A DNA stretch of 64,000 nucleotides from Bdellovibrio sp. (GCA_036676395.1 JAKFCY010000002.1:224001-288000), one strand, 5' to 3'; positions 39,501 through 49,280 are shown, counted from the stretch's first letter. Notes: a model not told the origin generated them from the letters alone. A program made the numbers and translations.

Positions 39501-42500
39501 CTCTAGGTATCGACATTACGCCGTCCTTAACATATAAAAGTGCATGGGCTGCGCCTTCGACAATCGTTTCAAATATCTTGGGATTACCTGAAACAAAAGT
39601 AGAAATGAATGGTTCATTTATTGATTCGGTATTTCAAGCAAAAACTGTAAATAGACTTTACTGCACGTACGATGAGTCAAACGTACAAACTTGCACTACG
39701 ATAGTAAGAAATTATTTAGATAGAATTGATAGCTCGTTTGTAGGTAATGTAAAAAGCTTTTACGAGCCGGAAGAAATTAAATCGCAATATTTTGTTGGAG
39801 GAATTGGAAACAGTTTAGCAAATGTCAATTTCACCAATTCAGTTTCTACACCTGTTCTGGGTGATTCCAAGTTCGCTGATAGTAATATAGTTTCTAAAGT
39901 TGGGACTTATCCGACCAAGCAGGAACGCAGGCCTCTTAAGTCCCAAGTTGGGTATTTTATCGAGTTAAAAAATCCTGAAAACGACGAATATTTGGAAACT
40001 GGAATTTATCCTAGTTTTGCAAGATACCAAATTACTTTCAAAAATATTCGTATTCTCACGGGCACCCAAGTTGTAACGGCGTATCGAAATGGAAAACGAA
40101 TTGGAGCGATTCGAAGAACCTACGATAATCGAGTTGAGACTCAAGTTTTGGATCAGGCGATGCCAAAAGATGTTTTGGGATCGTTGCTTGTACAATCAAA
40201 AGTTAAATCTAGTTATGGGCGTGGCTGGGATTTAAACGGTGTTCAGCAGATTGTTAATCCAGAAGGAAGTCGAATTCTGATTGAGAATGAAGACAATAGT
40301 CTTGCCACTTATGTACTAAATAATACGATTGAAAATGTATTCAATGCGAATGGAACTGAATTTGATCTTACGACAGCAGTAGATCTTTCACATTGGCCAA
40401 ATGCTTTGTTACAGAAAACGAGTGGTAGCACTAACTCAGTCATTAAATACAACTTATCGACTGGAAGTTGGAGTTCGGTCGGTTTAATCGATAGATATAA
40501 TGGGACAATTGGATCAGAAGGTTTAGATCAATGTCAGGCTCAATATACTGGTCCAACTTGTAGCGGTAGATATGGTCAATGTGGAGCTAGTTATAATGAA
40601 CTAAAGCAGCTGTCTTACATGCCAGTAGCATATAAATATGGCGTAAAACCTAATCTTTCTGGTGTAATTCAAGGGCAAGATGGGAACTATTACGGTTTAG
40701 ATTCGAAAAGCCATATGCTTTTTAAGTTACAGCAAGGAACAATTTCGAAGATGGCTGGTAACAGGTCGTCAGTATATGACTTTGTGAAAAGCAACACTGG
40801 CCTTTGGCGGTTGGAAATGAATCAAAACCAGATGTCTCAGCTTTGTCAGAATATTTTTGGCAAAGACTGTCCGTTTCAGCGCTACGAAACCGAATGGAAG
40901 TGGAAATGTGCGGATATGTCTGGATCCACTTTTTCTCCCGCTATATTCAGAAATGGTAAGAGCGTGTATTATAGGGGTAATTATCGTTTTTGTCCTACCT
41001 TCAATCAAATGGTTGAGAGTGGAGATTATTATGTGAATAATATCGAAGGTATCCAAGCGGTATATGATATTGAATCAAGTTGCGTGTCCCGAGGCGGTCA
41101 AAATGGTTATCATCCAAACCTTATTGCTCCGTTAGCTAATTTTACTGGTGATGTGGGCATCAGCGGATTTGCAGATGGTAATATTGCTAATCCGGACGTG
41201 ATTGGTTTGAATAATCCCCGTTCAATGTTAACTGATTTCGCTGGCAATATTATTTTTGCCGATTATGGTAATAATCGGGTGCGAAGAGTTAATTTAGCTG
41301 GGAATACAATTCAAACAATCGCAGGAAATGGTGCTACTAGCGACTCCGGAGATGGCGGTTCTGCTACATCTGCATCAATCTACCATCCGACAGGCTTAGC
41401 TATTGATGGTTTGGGTCAAATTTATATAGCTACAGAAAATGGTTACATTCGTAAAATTGATGTGAATGGCAATATTTCAACAGTTGCTGGGCGACCATTT
41501 GCTCATGGTGGATTATTAGCAAGTGAAGGAATAGCTACTGAGATGGTTTTGAATAATCCATCTGGACTCGTAGTCGATAGTGACAATTCACTTTTATATA
41601 TTGCTGATACAGGCAATAATAGGATTTTGCGTGTTGATCTTGTGACTAATGCCGCTATTACTGTTGCTGGAACTGGGAATTGCGATCTGTCTGGGCTTGG
41701 AAACAATACACCAGCATTGTCTGCATCACTTTGTGCGCCGTCGAATATCGGTTTAGATACCAACAAAAACTTGATCGTAGTAGATTCTGGCCACAAGATG
41801 ATTCGCCGTGTGGTGCTACATAGTGGTGCCGATCAACTTACGTATCTTCCGTCTAATAAGGATTTATCAAAATTAGTTAAAAGTTCAGATGGCACGTGGA
41901 CTCGTCATTACAGAAATGGATCTAAAGCTTATTTCAATGCAAGTGGTGCGCAGACTTCGATTGCAGATCGGGCAGGTCGTACAATCTCATTTAATTACGA
42001 TGCTGATGGCTTATTAGTGCAAATTAAAAATAATGTCACGAATCAGACTACTATTTTGGATTACAATTCAAATAATCAGCTTAAGAGTTTTAGGGATCCT
42101 GCGCTTCGTACAACAAAATTTTCCTATAGTGGAGAAATGTTAGAGCGGGTGGAATTTCCAGACACCTCTTCAAGATCTTATGCATATGACCTCAAAGGAT
42201 TAATGCTCAGCGAATTTGACCAGCTGTCTGCAGAAACTAAATTTGAATTTAACAAGTTCAACAGAGTTTCGAAAGTTATATTCCCGAATCTAACCGAGAC
42301 AAATGTAACTGATCAAGAAAGTGCGTCACTTTTGGCTGCAGACTTGGGTGACTTAAAAAGCTTCGGTTCCTCTCAAGATAACGTTAAAAGCCAAGTTATT
42401 GATTTAAGAGGCGTGAAAACTGAGTTTGTTAAAGGTTTTGATGGATTAGTAACTGAGGTATCAGATAGTAATGGAGTAGTTTCAAAAATTTACCACGATT

Positions 42501-45178
42501 TAGATGGTCGCATTATAAAAACTATTGATCCCGAGGATAAAGAACTTCAAATGAAGTATGATCCGAATAGTGGTGATCTAATTCAAGCTATTGATGTTGA
42601 AAATGATATAAAAACTTCTTTTACATACAATGTGTTCGGTCAGCCTGTTTCTGCAACTGATGGTTTGGGTACGATTGCATATGCTGAATATGATCCAGTC
42701 AGCGGGTTTTTATCTAAAACTAAATCAAGCGTTCCAGGTGTTGAAACAGAATATTTTTATAATCCCAATGGAACACTTTCTTTAAAAATAAGAAAAAAAG
42801 ATAACGAGAGTTTCAATACATCTTATGTATATGATTCCCTAGGAAATCTTAAAGAAGTTACTGATGCCGATAATAAAAAAGTAACATATCTATACGATGA
42901 TGCCGGTAATGTCGTGAAATCAATTCGACAGATTAGTGGATCTGTATCATCAGAAGTGAATTATGAATACGATGAAATGAATCGTCTGAATAAAGTAACT
43001 TCATCTAAAGGCGAGATTACTACATATAATTACTATCCGTCAGGCAAATTACATAAAGTAACAGATCCAAAAAGCAAAATATCGACATATGTTTACAACA
43101 ACATGGGACAGCTGCTTAGCAAACAACGATCTTCTGGCGAAGTGCAAACATTTGCATATGATCCTCATGGACAGTGGATTCACGAAACTGATCCAAATGG
43201 AGTTGTAAAGAAATACAACTACAATGGGATCAATCGACTATCTAGAGTTGAGCTTCCAGACGATCTAATTACTTATACATATAATTTAAACGGGGAATTA
43301 AAAACAGCCGCTAATAAAAATTCCAAAGTTTCATATGATAGGGATTCAATGGGAAGGTTGGCTGGTGATTATTTTGAGGGACAAGGGACCTTTGAAAATT
43401 TAGAGCCGCTTGCTATTACTTATGAGTATGATAAAAATAGCAATAGAACGAAGACTACGTTAAATGGCATTCAATCATATAATTATGCTTATGACGGATT
43501 AAATCGTTTGACACAAATTTCAAATCCATATGGTGATGTTTTTACATATGAGTATGATTCTTTAAATAGAGTTACTCGTCTAGCGCGCCCAAATGGTGAA
43601 ACGAAATATTCATACAAAGCTAATCACTTAATATCTGAGATTCAGCATAAGCTTAATGGTTTAGTGAAGAGTCAGTATCAATATGATTACGATTTGCGAA
43701 ATTTTATTACTCAAAAAAGGGATCTCGCATCTACTCAATCTTATTCATATGATTTAAATGGTCAACTATCTGGCGTACAAGGGGCAGAATCAGAGGCGTT
43801 CACTTATGATTCAGTTGGTAACCGCATATCCGATCAGGATGGGACCTACTCATATGATGCCACAACTGATAGGCTCATAGAGGATTATAAATATAGTTAC
43901 ATCTACGATAACAACGGTAATTTAATTGCTAAGAATCCTAAGAATCAGTCTGAAAAAGCATATCGTTATGAATATTCATCAACCAATCAGTTAAAACAAG
44001 TCTCTAGGTTTTCTGGACCTTTTGGAGCGGTCGAACAACAAGTAAAATTTGAATACGATGTCTTCGGAAGAAGAATGAAAAAGGAAATTGTAGATTCGAC
44101 AACAACTTCAAAAAATAACTACGCTGTGTATCGGTATGACGGTGATAACGTTATTAGAGAACTGAAATATACTTCTCAACGTTCTTCACTTGATGTAGTT
44201 GCTAACTACACTTATTCGATGGGTACTGATGACGTGCTGGCAGTTAATATTCCGACAACAGGTGAAATAAATAAAAAAGCAAAACAAGCAGGTAATTATT
44301 ATTTCTTAAAAGACCATCTTGGCAGTATCGTAGCTGTTTCGGATGTTCAAGGAGAGATTAAACAGCAGTATTCGTATTCTAGCTATGGAAATATTGTACA
44401 AGTAAAAGATGGTGCTGGAGTGGACATTTTATCAGATCCATTCATTGATAATCAATTTACATATGCCGGACGTGAGTTTGATTCAGAACTAAATCTGTAT
44501 TACAATCGTGCAAGATATTACGATTCTGCAATTGGTCGTTTCCTACAACAAGATCCTTTTCCAGGTAAGATTGGCATACCAAACTCAGTTGTAAACTCAT
44601 ACATATATGGATTAAATAACCCAACAATGTTCAGAGATCCATCTGGAAAATTTCCAGCTTTACTTGTTGCATTTGCTGTTGGGGCAATACTGGGTGGTTT
44701 CATGGCCGCATACCAACCTGGTGCAACATTCGGATCAGTTGTTGCGGGTGCATTGACTGGAGGAGCGCTTGCCGCTGCGGGAACGGCAATTGTTACACTG
44801 GGCGCACTTGGTGGGGCGGGGATAGCTGCAAAATTAGGTGCGACTGCGGGCTCAGCTGGCATGTTTTTAGGTGGAGCAATTGGTGGTGGTCTCGCAAACG
44901 TAGCATGGGGAATGTTTTTAGGTGTTCCCAAGGAATTACTTGCGTTATATGCTATTCAGGGATTTATCGGTGGCGGGATGCTTGCGCAAAGTAATTTCGG
45001 AGGCGCCTTTACAGGTAACAGAGTGGAAAATGTAGCTGAAGGTGTATCGACTGCAAATCAAAGTGCTGTTGGTGTTGCTACAGAGACTACGAATCCGATG
45101 CAAACGATTGAACTTAAAGTTACAGAACAAATAGATAACTGGGTTCAACCAGATGTAAAAGTTAATGTTCTGCCATAA
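36536..45178 (+). CDS. Giant teneurin-like Rhs/YD-repeat protein with a hydrophobic C-terminal toxin domain
   Basis: Signal peptide; Ig-like D.AGN repeats; carboxypeptidase-regulatory-like domain; G.GWDLNG; NHL repeats; YD repeats; RHS core RYYD..IGRF.Q.DP...PTMFRDPSG; Gly/Ala-rich C-terminus. Confidence 0.9.
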   Translation: MRTPSLFIISILFLVSPFVSASSFQGKAPESGIIISINPEKIPSKSGESILINGTIKYVKKSQSKPKDDVSNGSDKKNGLLEEFKAQGIDIVGAFPSSAVDISSELTLESSSDNEIRFSYQSKNIIADDLNQFSLKVYNNHTNKSALKKLSIIQGKIEKRIQLLTKLKNKFESGKAKKEAIAVIEKEIAKLTAISSKIANKLNTNGNLMAENTYAIQVDNLTANFSKISTVMNDFRFVIDSNIGSVIQGMSVNFKAKIVSLSHANENSDSTEGGDGYLAEFYFNDQKVSSQKVIEPRKNLNIVFDYATASLQSADQNVFSIALYHLDDAGQKGRKIGSLNYKIPVITDSVKPTWLSGAVPNHQDRYVQLLRTINLKTQDSFGRIDPQSFKLLVNRQGAITNLSHLISTTKFDDGSRYEFTGDINPLEEGEYSLSAKVSDFAGNAADTYNVMIHIDRTVPVVNTTLVNNTLTNQTSIEVPITVNDLSPTATDIYVNNELTMTSGLKVFSASATLTIEGNNIVRIESRDAAGNVALVREIVVVRDTTPPVLSNILPITNSTIDTIQFPVSANSNEKLGFVKINDMAVALTGEKVSFSATYAAKSEGNLLLNITYADEAGNEGSDSYTVNIKSKLLNIDLVNIGTYEDTKLLVTGLEYATRPGSRVEISTGFFGFNSAEMESNEHNGSFALTMNYFESAILKVTDLSTGETAQGTLSFDTTKTKLSGIVKDSNNVPLPGVTVRITGSVSTYVTDGAGMFSINNAPSGDQSLLVDGSTVSTAVAGPNNKFFATKVSINVGLGQNNVLDNPIYLTPLYLDGTQTVVQAGVATTVSSVHAPGVELRVPANIAVFPNGSNIGAINVVKLNADFATIPVPDFAVPNFVYAFEPSGLTFKQRVELKLPNENELPPGMELLIYSMNSAKGKWEVDGAAKVSEDGLSVVSKPGLGISHFSPLYAVPLAPLMYEVKNPKLAGVDASEGSLTKSITLPSYKSLGIDITPSLTYKSAWAAPSTIVSNILGLPETKVEMNGSFIDSVFQAKTVNRLYCTYDESNVQTCTTIVRNYLDRIDSSFVGNVKSFYEPEEIKSQYFVGGIGNSLANVNFTNSVSTPVLGDSKFADSNIVSKVGTYPTKQERRPLKSQVGYFIELKNPENDEYLETGIYPSFARYQITFKNIRILTGTQVVTAYRNGKRIGAIRRTYDNRVETQVLDQAMPKDVLGSLLVQSKVKSSYGRGWDLNGVQQIVNPEGSRILIENEDNSLATYVLNNTIENVFNANGTEFDLTTAVDLSHWPNALLQKTSGSTNSVIKYNLSTGSWSSVGLIDRYNGTIGSEGLDQCQAQYTGPTCSGRYGQCGASYNELKQLSYMPVAYKYGVKPNLSGVIQGQDGNYYGLDSKSHMLFKLQQGTISKMAGNRSSVYDFVKSNTGLWRLEMNQNQMSQLCQNIFGKDCPFQRYETEWKWKCADMSGSTFSPAIFRNGKSVYYRGNYRFCPTFNQMVESGDYYVNNIEGIQAVYDIESSCVSRGGQNGYHPNLIAPLANFTGDVGISGFADGNIANPDVIGLNNPRSMLTDFAGNIIFADYGNNRVRRVNLAGNTIQTIAGNGATSDSGDGGSATSASIYHPTGLAIDGLGQIYIATENGYIRKIDVNGNISTVAGRPFAHGGLLASEGIATEMVLNNPSGLVVDSDNSLLYIADTGNNRILRVDLVTNAAITVAGTGNCDLSGLGNNTPALSASLCAPSNIGLDTNKNLIVVDSGHKMIRRVVLHSGADQLTYLPSNKDLSKLVKSSDGTWTRHYRNGSKAYFNASGAQTSIADRAGRTISFNYDADGLLVQIKNNVTNQTTILDYNSNNQLKSFRDPALRTTKFSYSGEMLERVEFPDTSSRSYAYDLKGLMLSEFDQLSAETKFEFNKFNRVSKVIFPNLTETNVTDQESASLLAADLGDLKSFGSSQDNVKSQVIDLRGVKTEFVKGFDGLVTEVSDSNGVVSKIYHDLDGRIIKTIDPEDKELQMKYDPNSGDLIQAIDVENDIKTSFTYNVFGQPVSATDGLGTIAYAEYDPVSGFLSKTKSSVPGVETEYFYNPNGTLSLKIRKKDNESFNTSYVYDSLGNLKEVTDADNKKVTYLYDDAGNVVKSIRQISGSVSSEVNYEYDEMNRLNKVTSSKGEITTYNYYPSGKLHKVTDPKSKISTYVYNNMGQLLSKQRSSGEVQTFAYDPHGQWIHETDPNGVVKKYNYNGINRLSRVELPDDLITYTYNLNGELKTAANKNSKVSYDRDSMGRLAGDYFEGQGTFENLEPLAITYEYDKNSNRTKTTLNGIQSYNYAYDGLNRLTQISNPYGDVFTYEYDSLNRVTRLARPNGETKYSYKANHLISEIQHKLNGLVKSQYQYDYDLRNFITQKRDLASTQSYSYDLNGQLSGVQGAESEAFTYDSVGNRISDQDGTYSYDATTDRLIEDYKYSYIYDNNGNLIAKNPKNQSEKAYRYEYSSTNQLKQVSRFSGPFGAVEQQVKFEYDVFGRRMKKEIVDSTTTSKNNYAVYRYDGDNVIRELKYTSQRSSLDVVANYTYSMGTDDVLAVNIPTTGEINKKAKQAGNYYFLKDHLGSIVAVSDVQGEIKQQYSYSSYGNIVQVKDGAGVDILSDPFIDNQFTYAGREFDSELNLYYNRARYYDSAIGRFLQQDPFPGKIGIPNSVVNSYIYGLNNPTMFRDPSGKFPALLVAFAVGAILGGFMAAYQPGATFGSVVAGALTGGALAAAGTAIVTLGALGGAGIAAKLGATAGSAGMFLGGAIGGGLANVAWGMFLGVPKELLALYAIQGFIGGGMLAQSNFGGAFTGNRVENVAEGVSTANQSAVGVATETTNPMQTIELKVTEQIDNWVQPDVKVNVLP

Positions 45179-45186
45179 GGAGCTGA

Positions 45187-45795
45187 ATGCTAGAAATCTC
45201 CCCTGAAATTTATGCTCCTTCATATCCAGATTTTTTATGGCGGCGGCTATTTTCTGGCGCCGCCTTTACTTTTACCTCAGCCATGAAATATTACTTAATT
45301 TGTGTTGGCGCATTTTTTTTTCTTTTAACGATAAGTCCTTATGAGGTCGCAGCTAAGGGCATTGCTGAAAGAGTAATATTTTCTTTAATTGGTACTTTTG
45401 TGTTCTTATCTATATTGATTGTAGCAATTGCGATTCCTTTTTATTTTTTGATTTGGAAGAAAAAATGGCTTTATGGTTCGGACGAAGTAATCATAGTTTC
45501 CAAATCATCAAGTTCAACTCTTTCATATCAGAAACTTCAGAAAATAGTTTTAGATACTCCACGTTCTGCGACATTAGTTTTTGGAGATCCTAATTCAACA
45601 TTTGTGGTAAATACTTTTTGGTATGGTAATGGCGAAAAAGATTGGCTAGAGTTTATCAAATTTATTACGGCAAAACTTCCTTCTGTTGAAGAAAAGATTA
45701 GGGTACAGACTGGAAATGGTTTTCCTCCAGAAGAAATTCAGCTTCCTCCTTTAGAAGCTTACAGGACGATTGTAAGTCGGCTTAAACCTGTCTAA
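45187..45795 (+). CDS. Membrane protein, candidate immunity protein
   Basis: TAAGGAG SD overlaps the Rhs stop; two TM helices; no recognisable family. Confidence 0.65.
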   Translation: MLEISPEIYAPSYPDFLWRRLFSGAAFTFTSAMKYYLICVGAFFFLLTISPYEVAAKGIAERVIFSLIGTFVFLSILIVAIAIPFYFLIWKKKWLYGSDEVIIVSKSSSSTLSYQKLQKIVLDTPRSATLVFGDPNSTFVVNTFWYGNGEKDWLEFIKFITAKLPSVEEKIRVQTGNGFPPEEIQLPPLEAYRTIVSRLKPV

Positions 45796-45916
45796 CCCCT
45801 ATACACCCCTGAAAAATCGTCATATTCGTGCTTAACACGTCGCCATTCTCTAGAGATTCTGCTCAAATTGTGGTTTATTGGTCAGGTTTAGAAAAACATA
45901 AGGTTAGGGGAGTCTC

Positions 45917-46906
45917 ATGCAACAGCAGGATAAAAACGCCGACAATAAAGCTCAAGCGACGTTACGTAAAGTTCCAACATTAAGCCTTGGTAGCTACACT
46001 CGTGGCTCTGAAGCTGACAAAGTTAAGTTCATCGAACAACTTTTTACTGGAATCAAAGATTACGGCTTTATCGTATTAAAAGACCATGATGTTGATCCTG
46101 CTCTTCTTAAACAAGCTTACGAAGTTTTAGAAAAATTCTATGCATTACCTGATGCAACTAAGCGTTCTTACATTTCTGAAAAAGGTGGCGGTCAACGCGG
46201 CTACACAGCTTTCGGAACAGAGCATGCTAAAGGCGCTGAAGTAAAAGATTTAAAAGAATTCTGGCATGTCGGTCGTGAAGTTCCAGACGATCACCAGTTT
46301 TCTAAATACTATCCAAAAAATATTTGGCCAGATGATAATGTTGGTGAATTTCGTCCAGTGTTCGAGAAATTATTTTCTCAGTTAGAAACTGCCGGCATTC
46401 AAATGATGGAAGCTTTAACTTATCCATTAGAAGTTGAAAAAACTTATTTCAAAAATATGGTGCAAGAAGGTAATTCGATCTTACGTTTACTTCATTACCC
46501 ACCGATTCCTGAAGGCACTGATCCTCGTTGTATCCGAGCTGCAGCTCACGAAGATATTAATTTTATCACGATCTTACCTGCGGCCACGCAATCAGGTCTG
46601 CAATTAAAAGATCGCGATGGCACTTGGTTAGATATCGAATCTGATTTCGGTACGTTAATCGTTGATGCTGGTGACATGTTAGCGCGTATTACGAATGAAG
46701 TGATTCCTTCGACTACACACCGTGTGATTAACCCGCAAGATGGTACGAATAAATCGCGCTACTCAATGCCGTTCTTCATGCATCCACATCCTGAAAGCTT
46801 ATTATCTTGTTTGCCTTCATGCCGCGGTACTGGGGCTAAATACCCAGACATCACAGGTCACGAGTTCTTAATGCAAAGACTTCGTGAAATCGGCTTAATC
46901 AAATAG
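45917..46906 (+). CDS. 2-oxoglutarate/Fe(II) dioxygenase (IPNS/PcbC-like)
   Basis: RGY, DLKE, LRLLHYP, HED (HxD), HRV and RYS motifs. Confidence 0.9.
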   Translation: MQQQDKNADNKAQATLRKVPTLSLGSYTRGSEADKVKFIEQLFTGIKDYGFIVLKDHDVDPALLKQAYEVLEKFYALPDATKRSYISEKGGGQRGYTAFGTEHAKGAEVKDLKEFWHVGREVPDDHQFSKYYPKNIWPDDNVGEFRPVFEKLFSQLETAGIQMMEALTYPLEVEKTYFKNMVQEGNSILRLLHYPPIPEGTDPRCIRAAAHEDINFITILPAATQSGLQLKDRDGTWLDIESDFGTLIVDAGDMLARITNEVIPSTTHRVINPQDGTNKSRYSMPFFMHPHPESLLSCLPSCRGTGAKYPDITGHEFLMQRLREIGLIK

Positions 46907-46934
46907 TTTTAATTGTTACTCAAGCAAAAAAAAT

Positions 46935-46968
46935 AACGCAGGGTCTAGTAAGGCTTCTGCGTTTTTTG
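46935..46968 (+). terminator. Intrinsic terminator
   Basis: AACGCAGGG...TTCTGCGTTTTTT. Confidence 0.65.
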
Positions 46969-47000
46969 CTTTTGGCCACCAGTAATGGTTTGATTAAGGC

Positions 47001-47663
47001 ATGAAGACATTTCTTTTAATTTTATTATCATTAATATCAATTACTCAAAACTCTGTAGCTGCTGACGAGCCAGCTTACTGTGATCCAGAAACTTTTTTTC
47101 AAAAAGAAATTGAGACACAAGCTGGAATTTGGCGCCATCACACCTTTAGATTTGGCGATGTGATTTTATTAGGCGGAGCCATTGGCTATAGTAATCCATT
47201 AAAGGTCACAGGCTTTGCCGAAGAAAATTCGACAGCAACATCAGCAGAGAAGTACTGCACTTGGTATTACAACGACGGAAATGATTTTGCTTCTACGTTG
47301 TTTAATCATCATTACGTTACTAATCCGCAAAAAGTGACAGAAGTCACTGGCCCGCAAGAATATCGCGAAGTTTTAAAAGATCAGTTTGCAAAAGCTAACA
47401 TGAGTTTTTTATCGTGTTTAGAAAATCATAAATATCTGGCGATGGGCTGCAATGGCCAAATGCACCGCGGACCTACAGTTTTTGGAATGTTGTTAAGCTT
47501 TTCAGGCTGTAGCTCGAAAAATTCTTTAGCTATCGTGAATAAGTTGTGGGGTAAGAACGGCGTTAAGCCAGAAGTTCGCCAAGCCATTATCGAAGAAGGT
47601 TACAAGCTAGGAAACGACGACCCACAGGCTCGTCTAAGAATGCAAAAAGTTCTGGGCTATTAG
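47001..47663 (+). CDS. Secreted protein with a CX5R phosphatase-like loop, copy 1
   Basis: Signal peptide; LAMGCNGQMHRGPTVFGMLL (beta strand, CX5R, helix). Confidence 0.7.
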   Translation: MKTFLLILLSLISITQNSVAADEPAYCDPETFFQKEIETQAGIWRHHTFRFGDVILLGGAIGYSNPLKVTGFAEENSTATSAEKYCTWYYNDGNDFASTLFNHHYVTNPQKVTEVTGPQEYREVLKDQFAKANMSFLSCLENHKYLAMGCNGQMHRGPTVFGMLLSFSGCSSKNSLAIVNKLWGKNGVKPEVRQAIIEEGYKLGNDDPQARLRMQKVLGY

Positions 47664-47759
47664 TTCAAAGGCTAGTTTTCTAGCCTAAGGTCTGCTGAAT
47701 TTACGCGACTTTCATACCGATAGGATAGGGATTCAATAACCCTAACCATCGGATGTGTG

Positions 47760-48419
47760 ATGAAAGCATTTCTATTAATTTTATTATCTGTAGTTACTTT
47801 AGCCCAGGTCGTCGCTGCTTCAGAGCCGGCTTATTGTGAACCTGAAAACTTTTTTAAGAAAGAATTTGATCCACACGAAAATATTTGGCGCGATCATGCG
47901 TTTAAGTTCGGTGATGTTGTTTTATTAGGTGGAGCGATCGGCTACAGTAACTCGCGCAAAGTGGCTGAATTTGCAGAAGAAAATTCAACAGCTTCGGCAG
48001 CCGAAAAATACTGTACTTGGTACTACAACGAAGGCAATGACAATGCGGCGGGGTTATTTAACCATCATTTCGTTTCGAATCCTAAAAAAGTCACGACGGT
48101 TACAGGCCCTAAAGAGTATCGCGCAGTTTTAAAAGATCAGTTTGCAAAATCAAAGAACAGTTTTTTATCGTGTTTAGAAAAACATAAAATTCTAGTGATG
48201 GGCTGCAATGGCCAAATGCACCGCGGCCCAACCGTGTTCGGAATGTTATTGGGTTTTTCGGGCTGTAGCTCAAAAAATGCGTTAACGATCGTGAATAAGC
48301 TTTGGGGTAAAAATGGTGTTAAACCAGAAGTTCGCCAGGCGATTATCGAAGAAGGCTACAAGTTAGGAAACGAAGATCCAAAGGCCCGCCTAAGAATGCA
48401 AAAGGCTTTAGGTTACTAA
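47760..48419 (+). CDS. Secreted protein with a CX5R phosphatase-like loop, copy 2
   Basis: Close tandem paralogue with an identical GCNGQMHRGPT motif. Confidence 0.7.
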   Translation: MKAFLLILLSVVTLAQVVAASEPAYCEPENFFKKEFDPHENIWRDHAFKFGDVVLLGGAIGYSNSRKVAEFAEENSTASAAEKYCTWYYNEGNDNAAGLFNHHFVSNPKKVTTVTGPKEYRAVLKDQFAKSKNSFLSCLEKHKILVMGCNGQMHRGPTVFGMLLGFSGCSSKNALTIVNKLWGKNGVKPEVRQAIIEEGYKLGNEDPKARLRMQKALGY

Positions 48420-48472
48420 GAGCAGGTAGTCTAGGGTTGTTCGTAAAGTAAAATAAGAGTAATCTTACTTGC

Positions 48473-49249
48473 ATGAGAAAAGATCTATTATTAGGAATTG
48501 GAGCCACGTTATTAGCGATGGCTCTTTTTTATTTCGCGGATAATCCAACTGCAAAATTAAATATCGGAAAAAATAAAATTGATTCTGATTCTGATTATGG
48601 CGTGCCGGCCAATAAAAAAATATTAAATGACGAAGTCGTGCAAGCGCAGGAGATTATAGCTGCACGTTCGGCAGTTTCTGCACCTTCGGAGGCTTTAAAA
48701 GCCGGTACGGCTCGTGATATCATTTCAAAAAATTTCGTAGAGCATTTAAAAACTATCGGCACCTGTTTAAAAATTAATCCTGCGATTGATAACCCAACAA
48801 TCGAACCCACATACGATAACCTATTGATTAGCCTTCGCCCGGCCATTGGTGAGCTTGTGGTGCAAATGGATGATTGGACGCAGATGGATCTACAAAGTCC
48901 CGATGGCAGCCGTAAGCGCATTCGTACAGAGGTAAATTACGAAAATCCGAATGCTCCGGTTAAGTACGTGCAGCTTTATCATATCAACGATCAGGGCTTT
49001 CCTGAAATGCAGCCAGTTGACGCTGAAAAAGCGCGTAACCCATCAGATGATTATATTAATTATTTACGTGGTGGTGCTGATTTAATGTTAAATGAACGCG
49101 GAAGCCGCGTGTATTTTCAAGAGGGCGAAGAGATCGTACTTGTTGAAAGATCTGGTGTGATCGAATCTTTTTCATTAAGCAAAAACGGAAAAACAGTCAG
49201 TTGCACTGGCTTAGACGCCATCAATTCAAACTGTCAGTGTGTTCAGTAG
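48473..49249 (+). CDS. Hypothetical N-terminally anchored protein
   Basis: N-terminal TM segment, C-terminal Cys cluster; long ORF with genome-typical codon use. Confidence 0.75.
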   Translation: MRKDLLLGIGATLLAMALFYFADNPTAKLNIGKNKIDSDSDYGVPANKKILNDEVVQAQEIIAARSAVSAPSEALKAGTARDIISKNFVEHLKTIGTCLKINPAIDNPTIEPTYDNLLISLRPAIGELVVQMDDWTQMDLQSPDGSRKRIRTEVNYENPNAPVKYVQLYHINDQGFPEMQPVDAEKARNPSDDYINYLRGGADLMLNERGSRVYFQEGEEIVLVERSGVIESFSLSKNGKTVSCTGLDAINSNCQCVQ

Positions 49250-49280
49250 CGTGTTTGCAACACAACAATAACGTGATCGC

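Noticed and set aside
36074..45916. Mobile-element call for the Rhs island
   Set aside because: No integrase, transposase, tRNA or flanking direct repeat visible; codon bias is the only hint of horizontal transfer.
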